Of a DNA stretch of 64,000 bases, positions 59,601-64,000 are shown piece by piece. The first letter of the stretch is position 1; each line of letters opens with the position of its first letter. Made by a program: the position numbers and the translations under genes. A model generated the notes under the pieces. It was not told the origin of the DNA, did no database searches, and saw nothing but the letters and a program-made list of their open reading frames with translations. The stretch spans positions 6,290-70,289 of the forward strand of contig JAJYIT010000018.1 of the NCBI GenBank assembly GCA_021789975.1, in the 5' to 3' direction. This stretch comes from Bacteroidota bacterium (lineage in GTDB: Bacteria; Bacteroidota; Ignavibacteria; Kryptoniales; JAKASW01).

Positions 59601-59977
59601 GGACACCTGGCGGCAAAAACAGCATTTACGTGAACACCGGAAACCAGATCAATCCCGGTTCAATATCCGTCGCTCCCAATCCATTTTCACCCGACGGTGA
59701 CGGCATCGACGACTTTACGTTCGTCAGCTACTCTTTCTCCGTGTCATCGGTGAAGGTGCGGATGAGAATCTTCGATTCAGTCGGAAGGCTGATCGCGACT
59801 CCTTTCGACAACACAATCATGCCATCGGCGGGTAAGCTGGTCTGGGATGGAAGAGACGGATCGGGGAAGATAGTAAAGTTCGGGCTTTACATCCTGCTGG
59901 TGGAGGTATCGGGTCCGGGGGGAAATAACTTATCGACTTTCAAGAAGCCTCTGGTGGTAGCCAAGAGGATGCGGTAA
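56663..59977 (+). CDS. secreted protein with four tandem LTD plus Ig-like (CARDB-like) modules and a gliding-type C-terminal domain
   Basis: INEIMY/INEIMF...EW(I/V/L)E(L/I) LTD starts at 56732, 57554, 58373 and 59168. Each is followed by SLER...GGTPG..NS and an Ig-like segment. The C-terminus is NPFSPDGDGIDD. TTG start 56663 lies 5 nt after AGGGAGG, with a signal peptide. Confidence 0.85.
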   Translation: MKILVFSTFLCVSAELGSAQGVKINEIMYGPKGGEPEWIELFNATPDPVNLKGWKLRHHATKWYVITDSDRYILPDSFIVLTKSDTIFSFRQIDTSLALICGSLPTSFLNNSGDTISIRDSTDALVDSVYYEPSWGGSDGKSLERVSIELSPFLPDTWGTSDDSSGGTPGRRNSIAAKDYDLAVRSFTASISLADSTASFKVQIVNKGVHSSSPFSVNIYLDYDNDNICRSDELVVTVANVPGLAHGDSVEISRQVVIAVDQIPKACAIIAFSSDQNPSNDSLWSRMQASYPRRSLAINEIMYHPGKGEPEWVELCSRSINSINLRGFRLGDNSGTTYPISGSDFYLHSDSFVVVADDSSFFVAHPTLHNDVLIASIPPLNDGGDAVVIRDETGNLIDTVQYSPSWGGNTGGKSLERILPAGGSNDPQNWETSSDSTGSTPTTMNSVTPRDYDLALGYVSYSPHQVQSGGSVTLRFSIVNRGLKPSGAASVILFRDENANGFCDPSEETEVAPLTNIIPGDSAAVKFSLSSLTSGVHRLGIYIEYPDDQVAANNTAIISINVGLPAASAVINEIMYAPKAPEEEWLEIYNATDKVIDLSNFRIETHGGSRNILSESLIGPGSFVVVCKDSSPANSHYFIPDLILQSVPSLSNTGDWITLSDDLGNLLDSVSYVPSYGGAGGKSLERIDYLAGSDSANLSESMDSTGGTPGLVNSVAKLPYDLHLRGLDCPPSVSPGEPCELRLVIQNEGRNPVGGINIDAKVVSELDGRTVFSENKSSASALLPGDSTIATFTLTDLKPGSYMILGSISQNQDMRRWNDTATASLKVRFELQSVIINEIMFSKSELGDYFEIFNRSTDPVDLSGWIFRVGSGQPKPVQPQRMHALEPGSYFVVASDSSIIPSIGDTSSVRIASTLTLRNDGDCIVVVDPSGAMVDSVNYLPSWHNADIGNTTGRALERINPSLPSNDKSSWSTSVSPLGGTPGGKNSIYVNTGNQINPGSISVAPNPFSPDGDGIDDFTFVSYSFSVSSVKVRMRIFDSVGRLIATPFDNTIMPSAGKLVWDGRDGSGKIVKFGLYILLVEVSGPGGNNLSTFKKPLVVAKRMR

Positions 59978-60092
59978 TCGAATCAAGAATAGGTTTCCTT
60001 TTTTGACGGGACAAAGTTAGCTTTTGAGAAGGTTCTGAGGTTCCAGGTTGAAACCTCATACGACAAACCCCACAAACTTCAACGGAGAACCG

Positions 60093-60617
60093 ATGAAAGC
60101 CACTGTTGATTTGATAGCGGAGAAGATACTCGACAACAAGATCTTCGTGATTCGCGGCCGCCGTGAAATGCTCGATTTTCATCTGGCGGAATTGTACGGC
60201 GTACAGAACCGGGTTCTCCTGCAAGCTGTAAAAAGGAATGATTCCCGTTTCCCGGACGATTTCATGTTCCAACTCTACGAAAGGGAGTTCGACATCTTGA
60301 GATCACAATCTGTGACCTCAAGTTGGGGCGGACGGAGGTACCGGCCTCATGCTTTCACCGAGCAGGGAGTCGCAATGCTCTCGAGTGTCCTTCGGAGCGA
60401 AAGAGCTGTCCAAGTCAATACCGCCATCATGAGAGTCTTTGTCAAACTCAGAGAAATCTCATCGGCAAATAGAGAACTGGCCGCAAAGCTGAAAGCGCTT
60501 CACATGAAGCTTGAAAAACACGATGAAGAAATCCAGGGTATATTCAAGGCGATCGCCGAGCTGATGGCCCTCCCACCGGAAAAGCCAAAGAACCCCATCG
60601 GATTTAGAAGGGACTGA
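60093..60617 (+). CDS. ORF6N-domain protein with a C-terminal coiled-coil (paralog of 15186..15764)
   Basis: IRGRREMLDFHLAELYGVQNRVLLQAVKRNDSRFPDDFMFQL ... [34 protein letters not shown] 60093 follows GGAG. The stop lies 10 nt before the helicase ATG. Confidence 0.8.
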   Translation: MKATVDLIAEKILDNKIFVIRGRREMLDFHLAELYGVQNRVLLQAVKRNDSRFPDDFMFQLYEREFDILRSQSVTSSWGGRRYRPHAFTEQGVAMLSSVLRSERAVQVNTAIMRVFVKLREISSANRELAAKLKALHMKLEKHDEEIQGIFKAIAELMALPPEKPKNPIGFRRD

Positions 60618-60627
60618 CGATCTCACA

Positions 60628-63201
60628 ATGCCTCTCTCCGAACACCACTCTGAACTTCAAAAGCGAATCTCGCTCTACGTTACGGCGCTTCAAAACGAGA
60701 TCGAAGCGTTGCGCAATTATTCATCGCGAAACTATTCTCTTTCATCAGGGAAATTCCTCGGGAACTCGGAAGCGGAATTCTTGTACGAGTTCAGGCTCGA
60801 CGACGAAATCAGAATTGTAGAAGACGTTCCGATTGAGATTGAAATCGAAGGTGATGTTGTTCCTGGCACAGTCGTGTCCGTCGAAGGTGACCGCATCGTT
60901 CTAGTGCTACAATCACACATCGGAGACACTGTAGACCATGCGACTCTGAGAACCGCACCCTTCTTCCTCCTCGAACAGCTCGCCGAACGGCTGGAGTCGC
61001 TTCAAGATGAAAGTGTAAGAAATGTCGAGGCTCTCTTCAATGAAGATGAAGCCGAGGAATACGACCAGGACTTGCTTCTAGACACCGGCAACCTAAACGA
61101 GTTCCAAATCTCGGCAGCGCGGTCGGTCGTAAAGAAGAACATATCGTTCGTGTGGGGCCCACCGGGTACTGGAAAGACACAGACCCTTGCTTTCGCAGCT
61201 GCAAACCTTGTATCGCTCGGCGAAAAAACGCTTGTCCTATCAAATACGAACATCGCGGTCGATGTCGCTTTGTCCAAAACGCTCGGATACCTGAAGGATG
61301 CAGACGAATATTTCGCCGGTAAGTTTATTCGGTTTGGCATTCCGCGTCTTCCTGATCTAGATGAATACCCATGGTCGATGCCTCAGTATGTCTGCAGAGA
61401 CAAGAACCCGGCACTTTACGCGACCATAGATCAAATCGAATCACAGGTTCGAAGCATAACTACTCGCGCCGGTGGCTCCAGGTCGAAGCGCAAGCCCAGG
61501 AACAACCAGATGCCAAAACTTCGCGAGGAGCTTTCCGCGCTCAGGCAGGAGGCATACGTCAAAGAGAATAAGATCGTCCAGCACGCCAAGTTGGTGGCAT
61601 GTACTGCAGCGAAAGCGGCAATAGCATCGCAGGTCTTCAACAGGAAGTTTGATGCCGTTCTCATAGATGAAGCCAGCATGCTCTACCTGCCGTATGTCGC
61701 CTATGCCGCTTCACTAGCGAAGAAGCATGTAGCGATCTTCGGCGACTTCATGCAAATCCCGCCTATTACCCAGTCATCTACAAAAGTGCTGAATGTGTTG
61801 TCGTCCGATATTTTCCGCGAGACTAAGCTTCACCGCTACATGACGAAGTCCCACCCGAGAATGAATGTTCTCGAAGTTCAATACCGCATGCAGATTCCAA
61901 TAATGGATCTAATCAATCAAAAGGTATACTCAGGCAGGCTGAAGGCAAGTGATCAGATAAAGGCAGCAGAACAGAAGGAGGATCCGGTGGTCTTCTACGA
62001 TTCCTCCGGACTTGCTTCACAGTCATTCCGTGAGGCCACAACCAATAGCAGGATCAATATTCTGTCCGGGCTGGCTGCAATCGATCTCGGGGTGGAGGCA
62101 CTCAAGCATGGTGCGAAGTCTGTTGGAATCATCACGCCATACCGGGCACAGATGAGATTTCTCCGGGGTGTCCTAAACAGCATGTCTCTCGATAGCATGG
62201 TCATCTCGGCCGCGACCGTCCATACCTTCCAGGGAAACGAACGTGATGTGATCGTGTTCGATTTCGTCGACGATAAACCGCTGCCGCTTGGAATTCTCCT
62301 TTCAACTTACCAGAGAGAAGGTGATGACGACGTGTCCGATGGAGAGCGACTCCTCAACGTGGCAATGACACGCGCCAGGAAGCGGTTGCTCTTCGTCGGC
62401 AACTTCGAGTATCTGTCTGCAAAGGCGAGCCAGGACTCACTACTCCGGTTTGTCCTTGAGAAACTCCGGCGCGAAAAAGCAATTTCGCGATTGCAGTTGG
62501 AAGACCGATCGGCGGACAATTATGCAACTAAGAACATTCAGGCTCTTTCCCTTCACCATGGTTACGCTGAATCGGTAGTGCGACTCTTAAGAGACATACA
62601 GGAGTCGAGCGAGGAATTAAAACTCATTCAACCCGTCAAGGCGAAACTTCAATTCTTCCGTTATGTCTTGAATAAAGAGGTCGAGTCTTCAAAGGATTTT
62701 GCTTCTCTCGAAATGAGTCTCATTAAAGAGAAACTCAAGAATACAAACCTGATCACATCGGACAAGGCAGACCTCTTCTTCTGGGTGATCGATGGAAGGA
62801 TTCTCCATGTATTCGATATACTGAACCGGGATGGAATCAGCAGCATACGATTGACCGCACCGGAAGTTGTCAGAGTGTTCAATTACATACTTCCGCGAAA
62901 GAGTTCGAGGTTGACCGGTACGGGCGGTCGAAAAGTGGACGCCCATTGTTCCGTCTGTGGTGGTCGTCTGGAATTGAAGGACAAGAACGGGATGATCGTA
63001 GCGCAATGTGCCGATAATAAATGCGTGACTGTACCTGCTGACGGAGGGATAATTGAGGCCATCCTCGAAGAGGAGGGACGAACATGTCCGATCGACGCAG
63101 GCAGAATCAGGATAAGAAAAGGACGGCGCGGATTTTTCGCCGGCTGCGCAAACTACCCGGGCTGCAATTGGACCGCCGAGCTATCGGAGATACTTAGGTG
63201 A
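60628..63201 (+). CDS. Upf1/DNA2-like superfamily-1 helicase with C-terminal topoisomerase-type zinc ribbons
   Basis: Walker A GPPGTGKT (61156..61179), [43 protein letters not shown], and [11 protein letters not shown]. The zinc-ribbon region 62947..63171 contains CSVCGG...CADNKC and CPIDAG...GCANYPGC. Confidence 0.9.
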   Translation: MPLSEHHSELQKRISLYVTALQNEIEALRNYSSRNYSLSSGKFLGNSEAEFLYEFRLDDEIRIVEDVPIEIEIEGDVVPGTVVSVEGDRIVLVLQSHIGDTVDHATLRTAPFFLLEQLAERLESLQDESVRNVEALFNEDEAEEYDQDLLLDTGNLNEFQISAARSVVKKNISFVWGPPGTGKTQTLAFAAANLVSLGEKTLVLSNTNIAVDVALSKTLGYLKDADEYFAGKFIRFGIPRLPDLDEYPWSMPQYVCRDKNPALYATIDQIESQVRSITTRAGGSRSKRKPRNNQMPKLREELSALRQEAYVKENKIVQHAKLVACTAAKAAIASQVFNRKFDAVLIDEASMLYLPYVAYAASLAKKHVAIFGDFMQIPPITQSSTKVLNVLSSDIFRETKLHRYMTKSHPRMNVLEVQYRMQIPIMDLINQKVYSGRLKASDQIKAAEQKEDPVVFYDSSGLASQSFREATTNSRINILSGLAAIDLGVEALKHGAKSVGIITPYRAQMRFLRGVLNSMSLDSMVISAATVHTFQGNERDVIVFDFVDDKPLPLGILLSTYQREGDDDVSDGERLLNVAMTRARKRLLFVGNFEYLSAKASQDSLLRFVLEKLRREKAISRLQLEDRSADNYATKNIQALSLHHGYAESVVRLLRDIQESSEELKLIQPVKAKLQFFRYVLNKEVESSKDFASLEMSLIKEKLKNTNLITSDKADLFFWVIDGRILHVFDILNRDGISSIRLTAPEVVRVFNYILPRKSSRLTGTGGRKVDAHCSVCGGRLELKDKNGMIVAQCADNKCVTVPADGGIIEAILEEEGRTCPIDAGRIRIRKGRRGFFAGCANYPGCNWTAELSEILR

Positions 63202-63419
63202 GAAATTTGGAATTCGAATCTGGAATATCAAGTTGGGGGGACACAAAGAAATTGCCTTACGCCTTCACGGAATTGGGAGTCGCCATGCTCTCGAGCGTGC
63301 TCAACAGCAAACGCGCGGTCATGGTGAACATAGAGAAACCCCACAGACCAATGGCACTCCAACTCGGAGTGAATTTGGAACCCTACGTAACCAGCAAGAA
63401 AGGAAACCGGTACAACTAG
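63198..63419 (+). pseudogene. doubly deleted ORF6N-domain gene relic
   Basis: It retains only ...[35 protein letters not shown] joined directly to a C-terminal-like [12 protein letters not shown]. The N-terminal ~70 aa and the coiled-coil are missing. The frame is closed by TAG immediately upstream, and its GTG overlaps the helicase TGA. Confidence 0.6.
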
Positions 63420-63421
63420 AC

Positions 63422-64000
63422 TTGTTATCTATACCAGTCATCGAATCTCCCGATGGGCCGAACAGCCTCAGACTTTACAACTTTGCGCTTCTCGTGCTGG
63501 CTCTTGTCCTCGCCGGTTGCATGGAGAGTGTCACCCCTGTTATTCTCAGGTGCCCCGACACTCCGATCATTCACCATGGTGATGCAACTTTCTACAACGC
63601 AACGGGTGCCGGCGCATGCATGTTCGATTCGTCAAAGACAGACCTCCTTGTAGGAGCTATGAATCCCTTCGACTATGACGGCTCTCAGATCTGCGGTGCG
63701 AGTGTGGAGGTAACCGGACCAAAAGGAACGGTTGTCATAAGAATTGTAGATCTCTGTCCGGAGTGCGGCGAAGGTGACATAGACTTAAGTCCACAGGCAT
63801 TCTCCCAGATTGCCGACACTTCTCTCGGTCGAGTGCCGATTACCTGGTTTGTGATGGCTGCAAATGTCACCGGCCCAATTCTGTACCACTTCATGCAGGC
63901 AAGCAGCCGGTATTGGACGGCAGTGCAAATCAGAAACAGCCGCTATCCGATCTACAGTATCGAATACCTTTCCCCGTCCGGTGGATGGCGCAATATCAGC
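63422..64000 (+). CDS. bacterial expansin-like (EXLX1/YoaJ-type) lipoprotein, 3'-partial at the window edge
   Basis: Manual translation: lipobox LVLAGC, then a double-psi beta-barrel (DPBB) domain (HHGDATFYNATGAGACMF ... VVIRIVDLCPECGEGDIDLSPQAFSQIA). This is followed by a carbohydrate-binding module family 63 (CBM63)-like domain (ITWFVMAANVTGPILYHFMQASSRYWTAVQIRNSRYPIYSIEY). There is no stop before base 64000. The start is uncertain; TTG 63422 is proposed. Confidence 0.75.
   Translation, partial: MLSIPVIESPDGPNSLRLYNFALLVLALVLAGCMESVTPVILRCPDTPIIHHGDATFYNATGAGACMFDSSKTDLLVGAMNPFDYDGSQICGASVEVTGPKGTVVIRIVDLCPECGEGDIDLSPQAFSQIADTSLGRVPITWFVMAANVTGPILYHFMQASSRYWTAVQIRNSRYPIYSIEYLSPSGGWRNIS

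Noticed and set aside
60038-60058. Small hairpin GAGGTT-ccaggttga-AACCTC upstream of the second ORF6N gene, considered as a possible terminator or operator.
   Set aside because: The stem is only 6 bp, there is no T-tract, and such stems are expected by chance. It is noted only as context.
62400-62940. Possible degenerate PLD/nuclease domain after helicase motif VI ([16 protein letters not shown] resembles an HKD-strand context).
   Set aside because: No His or Lys is present at the HxK positions, and there is no GSxN. I cannot support a nuclease call from sequence alone, so the region is left unassigned.
1-64000. Search for CRISPR arrays, tRNA/rRNA genes and IS elements.
   Set aside because: There are no regularly spaced direct repeats. 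I saw no T-loop-like GTTCGAATC contexts in intergenic regions and no transposase-like ORFs. The repeats present are inverted and low-complexity, not CRISPR-like.

Overview
The window looks like a 64-kb chromosomal segment from a T9SS-bearing bacterium of the Bacteroidota/Ignavibacteriota (FCB) type. The evidence is an SprA-size translocon gene, cargo proteins ending in NYPNPFNP-type C-terminal sorting domains, and AGGAGG-type ribosome-binding sites. It uses the standard code: TGA, TAA and TAG all terminate well-supported genes. I can support about 50 protein-coding genes and saw no rRNA, tRNA, CRISPR array, transposase or integrase.

Housekeeping genes:
- proB-proA, aroC, asd, ilvD, tadA, and a ygeA-like racemase.

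Other gene content:
- A TolC-MFP-RND efflux operon.
- A cobalamin riboswitch controlling a BtuB-like receptor and a small membrane protein.
- sprA.
- A hybrid histidine kinase whose periplasmic sensor carries a CxxCH heme-c motif.
- Three very large secreted proteins: a PLD/HKD enzyme, a beta-helix-like protein, and a protein with four lamin-tail-domain (LTD) modules.
- A Wza-like exporter.
- A 5'-complete expansin-like gene that runs off the 3' end of the window.

Observations most worth follow-up:
1. A compact ORF6N / Upf1-DNA2-like SF1 helicase (with zinc ribbons) / ORF6N-relic module at 60.1-63.4 kb. It has no obvious assignment to a known system.
2. The efflux operon has an accessory insert at every gene junction. 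These are a structured repeat element, an ORF6N gene spaced 1 nt before the pump gene, and a GxxExxY cassette.
3. A dispersed family of low-complexity, imperfect inverted-repeat intergenic elements. Three of them share a 21-23-nt motif.
4. Four independent single-nucleotide-type lesions in accessory genes: a lost ATG, TGA at the Trp of GHSWG, TAA in higB, and TAA in a C_GCAxxG_C_C gene. There are also an ABC-ATPase relic and an ORF6N relic.

All functional calls rest on by-eye motif recognition. No database search was run.
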